DNA of 64,000 bases, taken from Lama glama. Lineage: Eukaryota. This document shows positions 13,211 through 26,160 of this stretch, in pieces. Below the pieces are notes generated by a model, which was not told where the DNA came from, ran no database searches, and worked only from the letters and a program-made list of their open reading frames with translations. The DNA is taken from contig CM052816.1 in NCBI GenBank assembly GCA_028534125.1, positions 29,576,001 through 29,640,000 on the forward strand. Direction: 5' to 3'. The translations under genes were made by a program, and so were the position numbers. Position 1 is the first letter of the stretch; the number at the start of each line of letters is the position of its first letter.

Positions 13211-15874
13211 CTTTTAAAAAGAAAAAAGAAAGAAAATTTATGGATATGTTAACTTGCTTATGAATCAAAAGAGCAAAAGAGATTAATACTGTAACTTGAA
13301 ATATACCCATCACAAAACTTCTTTCACCAATACTTGAGAATATCAGTTTCAGGGACTACAATATTTAGGTCAGAATCCCTACTGTCATTTGCTATGCTAA
13401 CTAGTAAGTTAATCTCTCTGAATCTATCTGTATTTATAATATATATAATACTATCTTTTTAGTAGTATTTGTAAAACATCTGGTATACAATTATCTATAT
13501 AAGATGCATATGTAAAAAAAAAAAAGAGATACATAATAAATGTTCATTCTCTTCCTCACATAATAAAATCTATCGATGTATTCTTTGTCAAGTATGGAAT
13601 TTGACCTGACTCTAAAATCAGTTTTTAGGTTATCTGTCCTCAAAGATCACAACTCTGTCAGTGAACTGTCAGTATGTTTCACTTTTTAGAATTAAAACTT
13701 AGATCTATTCTTTTGTGAACCCTCCAAGGAGTATATGTTTTCAATATTCTATTTTATTTGAGTATCTTTAAAATTTACCATTTAAATTAATGGAGCATAA
13801 CTCTTCCTGGCTCTGTTTTATAAGGTAGCTACTACTACAGTTTCAGTGAGTCACAAATATCAGAAATCAGACAGATACATAGATAGAATGAATAAATTAG
13901 GGATAAAAATAAGAACATATAATCTAGTAAAGAGGGAGTAAGGAATAAGGATACAACATTTACATGGGAAAAAACTCTCAATGGATATTTTTAAATGTTC
14001 TGAGCAATTCTTAGAATGTGGAAATCAACCGCACTGAGTTGGTCTGGGAGTGTTTTGTTTGGGCCTTTAAGTTTGGGTAGGACATCAAAGTGCAGTGAAT
14101 ATTCAATTTTAGAAATAAGGCACAGTATGAACACAAATGTAAAGATTAAAAGAAACAATGTATGTTTGGAGGTGACTGACCATCTGCCCAGCTAGAAGAT
14201 AGAATAATGGACACGAGGCCAAAAGGCAGGTGAGAGTCAGATTACACAGGGTCTCATATCAAGGTGAACAATTTGAACTTTTCTAAGGTAATGGGAAACT
14301 AAGAACGTTTTTAAGCAAATGAACAACAAGATAAATGCATATGAATTTTCTCAGAAAAATAAATCTGGTCGTACCACAAAGAAAAAAAACAATAATGACA
14401 AAATACTGATGACCATGGTGTTAAGAAGTATTTCCTTTTTAAATGTAAACAAAAGTCCCAAGTACCAGGACCCACAAATTTTCTTCCTGATAACTATGGA
14501 ATCATTTGATTATACTGATATCTGAGAAACAAAGGAAATTTACCCTTTATTAGAATGATTATAAAACCAAATGACCTTTTCATTCTAACCTGGACTGTTA
14601 TGTAATCTAGCCTATCACAAAAAGATAACTCACACTGGAAATAATTAAAATTAGACTTCCAACATTAATGAGCCCTATATGAATCAAGTGGTGTGAGCAA
14701 ATTTTTTTATACAAGAACTACAGAGCTAGGAGATCACACAAACATGAAGAGAAAGGGGAAAAAAAGTCTGAAGGATTTTTAGCATTCTATAATAAAAATC
14801 ATTTTTGTAGTACAGTAAGGATGAAAGGCATGAACAAAAGAAAGACAGATGAGAAACACTTGTAACTCTATAAAGGGAAGGGACATACGAATAACAAAAA
14901 GAATAGTAGTCCAAAAAATAGGTAAAGACTACAAGAGCTGAAACTCCTTTATCATGAGTATCTTTAAACTAGGTCCCAATAAGTGACTTTTCAGAATGGC
15001 GGGTTTATTAAGAATGATTAGACTAAACTTAAAAAAAAAAAAAAGATTGGGTCCATTTTGATTTCTCACACAAAACATTCTAGTGGAATCACAAGAATCA
15101 AACAATAAACTTACATATCTTGCTAAAAAATTAAGTTTGCAAAGTTCAGCCCAGTCTAGCTACAACCTAGACCTGGTCATCTATGCCCATACAGTGCTAT
15201 GGTAAGCTATCTATACACTATACTGCCTAATAGTTATGATTCTCCCAATTCTGGTACTATATAAAACTGGATTTAACCTAATATAGAATCATATGCCTTG
15301 TTTCTTTTGTTGTTGTTAGTGTTTTACTTTCAAGGTAACTTTTTACTTTTCATACGTAAATAGAAGTCCAGATAAAATTTTTCATTTTTCTTATAGACTT
15401 AAATAAATTAATAAAAAATTATAGACTTTAGAAGAGTTTATCTCCATTTTCATACAAAGTTTATCTAGAAGTTACAAGGAGATAACTACATGTTTACAGA
15501 CAAAGAAGGACTCTAACAGTAACTTGTCTTCAGGAGTTTATTTACAGACTGAAATTTACTGTCATTCTTTCCCTCAATTCAATAAATTTTTAAATAAGTA
15601 CGTTTTAAACCTATTTTACAGGTAATGAATATTATATTTCTTTATTAACTCATAGATAAAATTATGCTATATTTTAAAATTATACAAGAATAAATTCCTA
15701 ACAATCTCTAAGATACATCTGAATCAGGAATTTTGTTCCGCAGAGTACATCTCAGACAGCCAAAGATATTTGTAGCTACATTGTCCTGGAAACAAAGCAA
15801 GTCTCTAATTCAATAGACTATCCTGACAAAAACCATATTCAAAATAAATCTCATATTACCACAAGATTACAAAC

Positions 15875-16000
15875 CTTGCCTTGTTGCATTGAACAATCTA
15901 CACATCCTACTTGAATATTTCCATGTTTAGCTCCTGGGATTATTTGCAATCTTTCAAAATCACTTCCCAGTATAACAACGTCACATCCAGATGCATAAGC
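15875..16000 (-). CDS. DMXL1: DMXL1 coding exon 2 (AYASGCDVVILGSDFERLQIIPGAKHGNIQVGCVDCSMQQGK)
   Basis: Acceptor ttttag|GCT and donor AAG|gtttgt. 126 nt, in frame with exon 1, and the peptide matches DMXL1. Confidence 0.97.
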
Positions 16001-16361
16001 CTAAAAACAAACAAAAAAGAAAAAAATAAAATAAAAATGATCAAATTGTCAAGAAAACATTTATCATATAGAACACTGGCATTAAATGTTATGTTTTATC
16101 AAATTTTAAATATTCTTTAAAGAAAAAAAACTTTACTATTTGAGAATACTTCCTTTACTGCCAATATACAGTCCCATCAGCAAATTCAGTCAGTCCTATC
16201 CGCAAAATATACACCAGTTCCCTTCACTTCTTCCATCTCCACTGAATACTACTGCCCTTATGTAAACTACCATAATCTCTCTCCTGCACTACTGTTTATA
16301 TTCTGACTCCTTCCATTCTTGCTTCCCTCTAATTCCTTTCCACACAAAGTCAAGAGTGATC

Positions 16362-16493
16362 TTTTTGTTGTTGTTGTTTTCTGGGGGGAGATAATTTGGT
16401 TTATTTATGTTTTTTAATGGATGTACTGGGGATTGAATCCAGGACCTTGTGCATGCTAAGCATTCACTCTATCACTGAGCTATAGCCCCCTTA
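16362..16493 (-). mobile_element. tRNA-derived SINE (Vic-1-like, camelid)
   Basis: Reverse complement reads GGGGGCTATAGCTCAGTGATAGAGTGAATGCTTAGCATGCACAAGGTCCTGGATTCAATCCCCAGTAC (A/B boxes) plus an A-rich tail. TSD CAAGAGTGATC at 16351-16361 and 16494-16504. Inserted into an L2 relic. Confidence 0.88.
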
Positions 16494-18849
16494 CAAGAGT
16501 GATCATTTTAAAATGTTAATTACACCAAGTAATTTTCCCTGCTTAAGTCCCTTCAATTGTTTCCTCGTTGTACTTGGAATAAAATCTCAACTCCTTACCA
16601 ATGTCAATGCCCTAAATGACTGTCCAATTCCCCAAACCCATGTCAAGCTACTCTTTCCTTCCCTCAATTGCCTCCAGCTCCTATACTGCCCTTCTTTCTG
16701 TTCTTTGGGCACGTCAAACTTTTTCCGTCTCAAGGTGGTTTATCTTCCTTTGATCTGCCTGGTCTTTGTCAAGCTAGCTTCTTTTCAACATTCAGGTCTC
16801 AGATCCTGAATATATTCGTATTCATTAATATTCTCCCCTCATTACTTTCCATCACACTACTGTTTTTCTTCTTCATAGTATACATCACAGTTTGTAAGTA
16901 TCTTGCTTATTATACATTATCACTACAAGTTAAGTTCCAAGACAAAGAGGTAGAGTTCAAGTTTATCTTTTCTCTACTCTTAGATCCCAGAAGTTTCTTC
17001 CATTTAAGAGTACATGGCTGTCCTCTGAGAATTTACATATATAGACCAGCAATAAATTTGACAATAAAATTTCTATCACAAACTGTTTTTTATCCTGATA
17101 TGTTCTTAAAATTTTAGTAATTCTTTATTTTCTCATCACATTTGCACATGCACATACACCTTATTTAAGGAAAAAAATAGTATACTTAATATATACTTTA
17201 TGACCATAATTTCTATCAATTCCAAAATGGTTCTGTACAAGCTACCAAAAAATATTAGAAAAGGGACTTGAATGACATTACAAATAAATCTGCTCATATT
17301 ACCAACAAGAAAATAAGACCTAAATAGGCTGATAACTTCTTAGCGACTGAGTGGGCATGAGAACTCTGACCTCTTCATTTTTGATCTAGTACTATTTCCA
17401 TGGCAGCACAGGGACTTTCCTAGTTACGTATGCTTGCCTGAAATTTTCCTAAATGGAATTAGGGGAAATCAAGTCTGGTTCCATTAGTGTCACATACTGG
17501 AAAAAACTGGCTCAGTAAACGAAAAATCTCATGATGATCTGCTCACCTATGTAAATATCCACAATACAATCATAAGGCTTGCCACAAGACTATTAGTAAG
17601 AATAAATTTCAAAACTAATTTATTTTAAGAAAAATTTTCATTAACAATAGTCTAAAATACCTTAATATTTTAGAAACTGATTTTCTCCTTAACATTAAAT
17701 TTTGATTAAAAAAGTCAATTATCATTGTTCCCCAAAATATTGTGCTAAATTTGGAATGTTTACAATTTAGATTTCCTTCTCACTAAACAAAATTTGCTCA
17801 GTTTCCATTAACCAGAATACATATATATAACCAGAATACAGATATAACCAGAATGTTGCACCTAATCTTGACAATCACAAGGCTAAATTTTCCTGAATAA
17901 AGTCTACATTAATCCTGAAGTACCTTATAAAATTATTGTTTAATACAAGTATTAAAAACTCAGAATTGATAAATGCAAAGTTATCTCAGAAATAAATACC
18001 TAGCCCTATAGAGAGAAAGACGCCAACTTACAATACAAACAAGCCTTGATCACTGAAAGACTTACACAGCTCTGGATTACCCTTGTTTTTTTGTTGCTGC
18101 TGCATTATACTATCACTGTCTGTCATTTGATGTTTTCTTTGCGATAGTACTAGAAGGTACAAAGCTATTCTCCCCATTTTTGATAAACTTTAAATAAAAT
18201 TATTGATATTCATCTGAAATATCTCTCTCATTCAGTCCTCATTTTCTTCTCTAAGAGTTGTAACTAATGGATGACAATAAACTAGTAAATGGGGGGAAAA
18301 AAGATATAACCAAAAGATACAACCTTCATGAGCTAACTACCATGCTTGGGGCTTATAAAAAAGATTCCTAGGTTTCCTTGACTATAGAATGCTAATTTTT
18401 ATAGTTTGTATAATTAAAAATAAAATCCATAGAAGATTCAAACTATATTTCCATTTTGTTCTATTTCTTAATCATTTTCAAGAATGTATAAATATCTCCT
18501 TAAAAATCCTGCTCTGCATAGAATACTGGTTAACTAAAGTATGGTGCATACCCGCAATGGAGTATTACACGGCCACAAAAAGGAGAAAGTTATCTATGAA
18601 CTGACTGGAGCGATTTCTAGGGGATGGTATAAAGTGAAAAAAAGCCAAGTAGGAAAGGGCATATATAGCAGTTTATGCGTGTGTAAACAACAAGGAAAAT
18701 CAGAAAACACATGTACCTGATTACTACAAAAAGAAACAATGGGAGAAGAAAACTAAGAAAGAATAAAATTATTTACCTACCAAGGGGGAGAGGATGGAGT
18801 GGAAGCAAACAGTAACATTTCCAAGTATAGGTTTTTATATACTTACGAC

Positions 18850-19405
18850 TTTTTAAAATTGAAATATAATTGATCTACAACACTATGTTAGTTTCAGGTG
18901 CACAACACTGTATTTTTGTATTTCTATACATTATAAAATGATCATCACAATAAGACTAGTTACCATCTGTCACCATACAAAGGCATTACAGTATTATTGA
19001 CTATATTCCCCATGCTGTGCATTTCATCCCCATGACTCATTTATTTTGTGACTGAAGTCTTTATGTCTTAATTTCCCTCAAGTATCAGCCCCTCTCCATT
19101 CCCTCTGGCAACCATGTTTGTCCTCTGTATCTATGAGTCTGTTACTGTTCTGCTGTGTTTGTTCACTTGTTTTGTTTTTGAGATTCCACATCTAAGTGAG
19201 CTCATATGGTATTTGTCTTTCTCTGACTTCTGTCACTTAGTATAATATCTTCTAGGTCCACAGATATTATTACAAATCACAAGATTTCATTCTTTTTTAT
19301 GACTGAGTAATATTCCAGTGTGTGTGTGTGTGTCTGTGTGTGTGTGTGTGTGTGTACACATACACATACATCTTCTTTATCCATTCATCTACCAATGGAC
19401 ACTAG
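18850..19405 (-). mobile_element. LINE-1 3' end containing a (TG)n microsatellite (19318-19354)
   Basis: attgaaatataattgatctacaacactatgttagtttcaggtgcacaac..catcttctttatccattcatctaccaatggacac is an antisense L1 3' UTR. Confidence 0.85.
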
Positions 19406-19590
19406 CTATAACTTTTGAAACATGTTAACATTATACAAATTTAAAAATTAAATTAAATCATTCAGAATGTGGGGGTGAAACAAAAGAACTGACTGCATTT
19501 TAAACAAATATTATATCTACACTGAAAGAAAGAAGGCAGGGAGGAACTAAGTAATTTATGAACACAGATTTTGAGTATACATTTTCAGTT

Positions 19591-20518
19591 TTAGATAGAG
19601 AGAAGGAAAAACCTAGTCCTTCTCCCGTGTTTCTCGTTTACTCTTACATTATTACCACATTCACAATACTTTTGACAACAGACATGTGGGGGTTTTAACC
19701 ACACAAAGCAATTCTGTGACATCAACTGGGTGTCCCACAATTTAACTCAATTCTGACACTATCAACCTGGAGACAGCATCAGATCCCACAAGTTAAGGGC
19801 TCAGTCTTAACTGAGACTGCCCTCTACATTACATGCTAATCACAAGTAGTAGGTCCCCAGATTAGCCACACTTCTGTCTGACTTGGCTACAAATGAGAGG
19901 TTCCAATGACCTCCCCCCACCTTGGATATATTTTCCAAAACAGCTCAGAGAACTCAGGGAAACACTTATGTTTACTGGCTCATTAAAAGATATGATAAAG
20001 TATACAGATGAACAGCTTCATAAAAGTCTGGGAGCATCCCAAGTACAGGAGCGTCTATCTCCATGGAGTTGGGTTGTGCACCCTTCCTGTTACCTGGATG
20101 TGTTCACCAAAATGGAAGCTCCCCAAACTCTATACTGTTGGGATTTTATAGAGACTTCCTTGTGGAGGTATGATCAACTGTTAACTCCATTTCTAGCTCT
20201 TGTCCTCTCTGAATAATGAGGGGTAGGGATGAAAATTCCAAGACTCTAATCATGGCTGCACCTTTCTGATGACCACCCGCTATCGAAGTGCCCATCCAGA
20301 GTTGCCTCATCAAAACAAAAGATGCTCCTTGTGCTCTTATGACTTAGGAATTTACAAGGGTTTCAAGAGTCTTGTGTCAGGACCCACATTCAAAGACCAA
20401 ATATTAGAATAAGAGATGCTCCTATGTTCTTATCACTTAGGAATTTACAAGGGTTTCAGGAACTATGTGCCAGAAATGGGGGACAGAGACCAATACATAT
20501 ATTTTCTATTATTTCACA
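19591..20518 (-). mobile_element. MER21-like solo LTR
   Basis: caactgggtgtcccacaatttaactcaattctgacact..agatcccacaagttaagggctcagtc matches recalled MER21 sequence. The minus strand starts TGTGAAATAATAG at 20518. Confidence 0.75.
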
Positions 20519-22620
20519 GGCAGGGTGAAGAGAAGAAGTACAAACAAATCCTAAACTCTTCAGTAGGTTTTTTAAAAAATTGTAGTGGTATGGACAATAT
20601 AATTGTGAAACCACTTTAGATACATTATAGGATTGAGCAAATGAGCCAAAGTTCTTACTGTGTAAGAAAGAACAAAGATATGAAATGTGGAAGACACAGC
20701 AGAGTCAGGTAAGGTTGGAATGAAATCAGAAATATTGGTATATAAAATCATGCTTTCTAAAATATACATATTTTCATATGCACATGCAAACATATGTTTG
20801 TATATGTGTATGTATGTGCATGCTATATGCACATATGTGTGTATTTGCTAGTTCTGTCCACTGAAAGTGCCAAGAAACAAACACATTCCAGTAGCAATGA
20901 GATCACCTAGTATCTTGATCTTGGTTTCTACATTGTCTACTAAAAGAAACCAGGGCTCCTCAAAGAAATGGTTAATTACAGGGTCAGGTAGGGCAGCTAC
21001 AATGAGAGCCTAAAGCACCTTGTTATGCCAAACAGAAAGGAGGTGCTCTAAAAAAAAAAAAAGAAAAGAGCAAAGAGAAAAAAATACCAGGAAGAAATCA
21101 TCATCAGTGGATGCTCAATCCAGAGGGAAATCTTGGTGAGGATCAGGATAATTGCATGGTCTTAAATGTCTTTCACACACTGCTTATTAGTTGTGAAGAG
21201 AAAAAACAAAACAGTTACACAGTGGAGAAATGGATAGAACCATAATGGGTCATCAAAATTGACACTGCTAATGATAAATATCATGTGCCTCCAAATGTGA
21301 TAACCTAGAGAAGGACACAACATCATCTATGCAGAATTTTGGCCAAGAATGCATAACCCTGACCTAATCTAGAGAAAACATCAGATAAATGCAAAATGAG
21401 AACAAGTTTGTTTTTTTAAGGAGGAAAGGGGAACTATATTCTTCAAAAATCAATGTCAAAATGAATAAAGAGAAAGGAAAAGAAAAATGACACTGACACA
21501 TGATAATTAAACGCAATACCTGCCCATGGACTGAACTCTGTACTGGAAGGGGTAAAAATGCTACAGAGAACATTGTTGTATCAACTAGTAAAACTGGAAC
21601 ATGGACAATACATTAAATAAAAGTGGTATGTAAATTTATGAAGTTGATAACTGTACTGTGATTATGTAAGATAATATTCCTACTACCATGAAATACAAAC
21701 CAAAGTGTTTAAGGGTAAAAAGTTATGACACATGTAACTTACCCTCAAATGGTTCATGAAAACAAAAATGTAGGCACACACATACATATAAGAGTGTGCA
21801 CAAATGATACAGAAAATTGGGGTAAATTATTAACAATAGCTAAATCTAGGTAAAGAGAATACAAGTTTTCTTATAATATTTTCATTTTACTTTTTCTAGG
21901 TATGAAATTATTTCCAAATATTTTCCATTTAGTAATGAAGACATCTCAAACCTAAATAATTATTTCAAAAGGTTAAAACAAAAAATGTTGTCACTCATTT
22001 GTGCTTTCCTCCTTCACTCACTGTAGTCACCTGAGCCTATTTTTTCTCTTTGGCAGGGCCAAAGGCTAAGTGATTTTCACTAGTATTCCATTTAATCCTC
22101 ACAGCAAATCATGTGAGATATTTACTATAATCACCCCATTTTACTGATAAGAAAACTCAAGTTTAGAGGACTGAGTAATCTGGTTCAAATCTCAGAGATA
22201 GTGTGAAGCACAACTGAGAGTGACCACCAAGTTATAATAATGAGAAACAACATGCTCTTACTCCTTCTGCTATGCTGCCATACAATGCCTTATAAATAGA
22301 CACTGATATAAATGTAATAACGGTCCCCTAATTTCTTCCCTTATTAAAAATAACTTCTTTGGATGTGAAGCAACTAGAATTCCCATAATTGCTAATAGGA
22401 ATGTAAAATAAAATGGTATCACTGCTTTGGAAAGCTAAACACATGCACACTCAACAAACCAGCAATTCTACCTGTAAGAAATGTGTCCATATATACACTA
22501 AGAGACATGTACAAGAACATTCATAGCTATTCATAAAAGCTCCAAAGTAGAACCAACTCAAACATAAAATGGAATGTATGAATAAATCATAGTATAATCA
22601 TACAATGGAATACTATAAAG

Positions 22621-22775
22621 CAATGGTTCTCAAACTTCCTGGTCTCAGGAATCCTTGGCACTCTTAAGAAAATATTGAAGATAACCATCCTAGCTCCCCC
22701 TCCCCAAGAGCTTTAATTTGTGTGGGTTATCACTATCAATATTTACTCTTTCAGAAATTAAAACTGAGAAAATAT
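22621..22775 (+). mobile_element. Charlie1-like hAT left end
   Basis: caatggttctcaaacttcctggtctcagga..cactcttaa..ctatcaatatttac..agaaattaaaactgagaaa. Confidence 0.7.
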
Positions 22776-22784
22776 AATATACCA

Positions 22785-25378
22785 ATTTATTCAGTAATCA
22801 AAACTTCCCAACAAATAAAAGCCCAGGGCCAGATGACTTTACCAATGACTTCTACCAAACATTTAAAGAATAATTAACACTAATCCTTCTCAAACTCTCC
22901 ACAAAACACTTAAGAGGGAATATTCTAAACTCATTTTACAAGACCAGTAATTACCCTGATACCAAAGCTACGCAAGGACACTCCAAGAACAGAAAATTAC
23001 AAAAGCCAAATTCCTTGATGAATATAGATGCAGAAATCCTCAAAAAATATTAGCAAAATGATTTCAATGGCACATTAAAAAGATCACACACCATAATTAA
23101 GTGGGATTTATCCCTGGGATGCAAGGATGGCTCCATTAAGGCAAGCCCACAGCTAATATACTGAATGGTAAAAAGCTGAAAGCTTTCTTCAATGATCAGG
23201 AACAAGACAAGAATGCCCACGCTCTCAACAATTCTATTCAACATAGTATTGGAAGTTCTAGCCAGAGTAATAAGGCAAGAAATAAAAGACACTCATATCA
23301 AAAAGGAAGATGTAAAATGGTCTTTGTTTGCAGATGGCAAGATATCACATATAGAAACTCTAAAGACTCCACCAAAAAAACTGTTAAGAACTAATAAATG
23401 AAATCAGTAAAGTTGCAGAAAACAAAATCAACATACAAAAATCAACTGCATTTCTAAACACTAACAACTATTTGAAAAAACAAATTAAGAAAACAATCCT
23501 ACTTACAACAGCATCAAGAAGAATAAAATACCTAATAAATTTAACAAAGGTGAAAGATCATATAAATTGAAAATTGTAAGACAATGATTACATAAACTGA
23601 AGATGACACAAATAAATGAAATGACAGCTTGTGTTCTTGGACTGGAAGAATTAATATTGTTAAAATGTCCATAATACCCCAAACCATCTATAGATTCCAC
23701 ATAATCTCTATCAAAATTCCAGTGGCATTTTTCACAGAAGTAAAAAAAATTCTAAAATTCACATGAAACCACAAAAGACCCTACCCCCAAAACCCAAAGC
23801 AATCTTGAGTAAGAAGAACTAAGCTGAAGCCATCAAATTTCCTGACTTCAAACTACATTACAAAGCTGTAATAATCAAAACAGTAAGGTACTGGCATAAA
23901 AACAGACACATAGACCAAAGCAACAGAATCATAAGACCAGACATAACCCACACATACGTGATCAACCAATCTTCAACAAGGGCACCAAGAATATATACTG
24001 GGGAAAAGACAGTTTCTTCAATAAATTGATGTTGGGAAAACTGAACATCCACATAGAAAAGAATGAAAACTGGACCTCTGTCCTTCCTCATACACAAAAG
24101 TCAACTAAAACTGATTTAAATACTCAAACATAAGACCTGAAACCACAAAACTCATATAGGAAAACAAAGGGAAAAAGCTCCTTTACATTGGTCTTAGTAA
24201 TGATTTTTGGACACCACAAGCACAAGCAACAAAAGCAATAATAAACAAGACTATATTAAACTCAAAATCCTGCACTGTAAAAGAAACTACCAACAAAATG
24301 AAAAGGCAACCAATGAAATGGGAGAAATTATTTACAAACCTATCTGATAAAAAGTTAATATCCAAAATATAAGGAACTCATTTAATTCAAGAGAAAAAAC
24401 TGAACAATCCAATTAAAAATGTGCAGAGGTCTCAAACAGACATTTTTCCAAAGATAATGTACAAATGGCCAGTAAGTACATGAAAAAATGTTCAACATCA
24501 CTAATCATCAGGGAAATACAAATCAAAATACAATGAGAAAATCACTTCACACCTGTTAGGATGCTATCATCAAAAAGGCAAAAGATAAAATGTTGGTGGA
24601 AATGTGGAGAAAAGGGAATCCTTGTGCACTCTTGGTGGGAATGTAAACTAGCATAGCCACTGTGATAAATAGTATGGAGATTTCTCAAAAAAGTAAAAAT
24701 AGAACTATCATATGATTCACCAATCCAACTTCTAGGATTATATCCAAAGATGATGAAATCATTGTAAGAGATATCTGCACTCCTATATTCATTTCAGCAT
24801 TGTTCATAATAGCCAAGATATAGAAACAACCTAAGTATGCAACAATGAATGAATGGATAAAGAAAATGTATTTTATACACACACACACAAAAGATTATTC
24901 AATCATAAAAAACAAGAGCATTCTGCTACTTGTGACAAACTTGAGGGCATTATGCTAAATCAGACAGAGAAAGACAAACACTGTACGTATGTATTTCACT
25001 TATACATGGAATCTAAAGACATCCTACTGACAGAAACAGAGAATAGAATAGTGGTTGCCAGAGGCTAAGAGGGAGAGAAATGGGAGTTGAGGATCAAAGG
25101 ATACAAGCTTTCAGTTACGAGTTAAGTTACAGTACATGCCTAATGTACAGCATGGTAACAACAGTTAACAATATTGTGTTGTATAGCTTAAAGTTGCTAT
25201 TAGAATAAAGTTTTAATGTTTTTATCATAAAAACAACAAAATAGTAATTATGTGAGGTAAATGATGTGTTAACTAACTTTATTGTGGTAAAATTTTCACT
25301 ATATATGTATATCAAATCATCACATTATACACCCCAATCTACACAATGTTAATGTCAGTTGTATTTCAATGAAAAAAC
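22785..25378 (+). mobile_element. old LINE-1 (L1MA-like) ORF2/3' UTR remnant in DMXL1 intron 1, antisense to the gene
   Basis: ORF2 peptide [24 protein letters not shown] and a typical L1 3' UTR. Internal deletion near 23135. Confidence 0.92.
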
Positions 25379-25597
25379 AAGAGAGATGAATCTGTACACA
25401 TAATCCAAACTGGGTATCATGCAAAAATCGCTTGAAACAGACATATCTTCTAATGAATATCTCTAATAGATTCTTAAAATTAATCTAATCTCTAGAGTTT
25501 ATACAACATGATGAACTAATAAGCATGGAAGTACACCAAACCAAAACAAACGGTACCAAACAAAACAGGGAAAAGTGGATTTAATTTAAAACAGGCT

Positions 25598-26160
25598 CTG
25601 CACCCAAAGTTCACAGCAGCACTATTTACAATAGCCAAGACATGGAAACAACCCAAATGCCCATCAACAGACAAATTGGTTTAAGATGTATATATATATA
25701 TATACACACAATAGAATATTACTTAGCCATGAAATGGAATGAAATATTGCCAATTGTAGCAACATGGATGGATCTAGACATTATCATACTAAGTGAAGTC
25801 AGACAAAGATAAATATTTTATGATATCACTTATATGTGGAATCTAAAAAATAATACACATGAATCTATATACGAAACAGAAACAGATTCAGACATAGAAA
25901 ACAAATTTATGGTTACCAAATGGAAAAGGGAGAGGGTCAAGAGATAAATCAGGAGTATGAGATTAACAGATACAAACTACTATACATAAAATAGATAAGC
26001 AATAAGAATTTACTGTATAACACAGGGAATAATATTCAATGTCTTATAATAACCTATAATGGAAAATAATGTGAAAATATATATATATAAAACCTAATCA
26101 CTTTGCTGTACACCTGAAACTAACACAATATTGTAAATCAAGTATACTTCAATCTCAAAA
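25598..26160 (+). mobile_element. LINE-1 3' end (younger subfamily)
   Basis: cacagcagcactatttacaatagccaagacatggaaacaacc...ctttgctgtacacctgaaactaacacaatattgtaaatcaa, the same 3' end type as at 60820-61350. Confidence 0.9.

Larger units (their letters stand above)
18515..21920 (+). mobile_element. old L1MC-like 3' region interrupted by a younger L1 end and an LTR
   Basis: aatggagtattacacggccacaaaaagg at the start and L1MC-type 3' UTR sequence at 20520-21920. Boundaries approximate. Confidence 0.65.

Noticed and set aside
17809..17853. Three copies of TAACCAGAAT with short spacers
   Set aside because: A local slippage duplication with AT-dinucleotide spacers; not an array with unique spacers (no CRISPR-like organisation).
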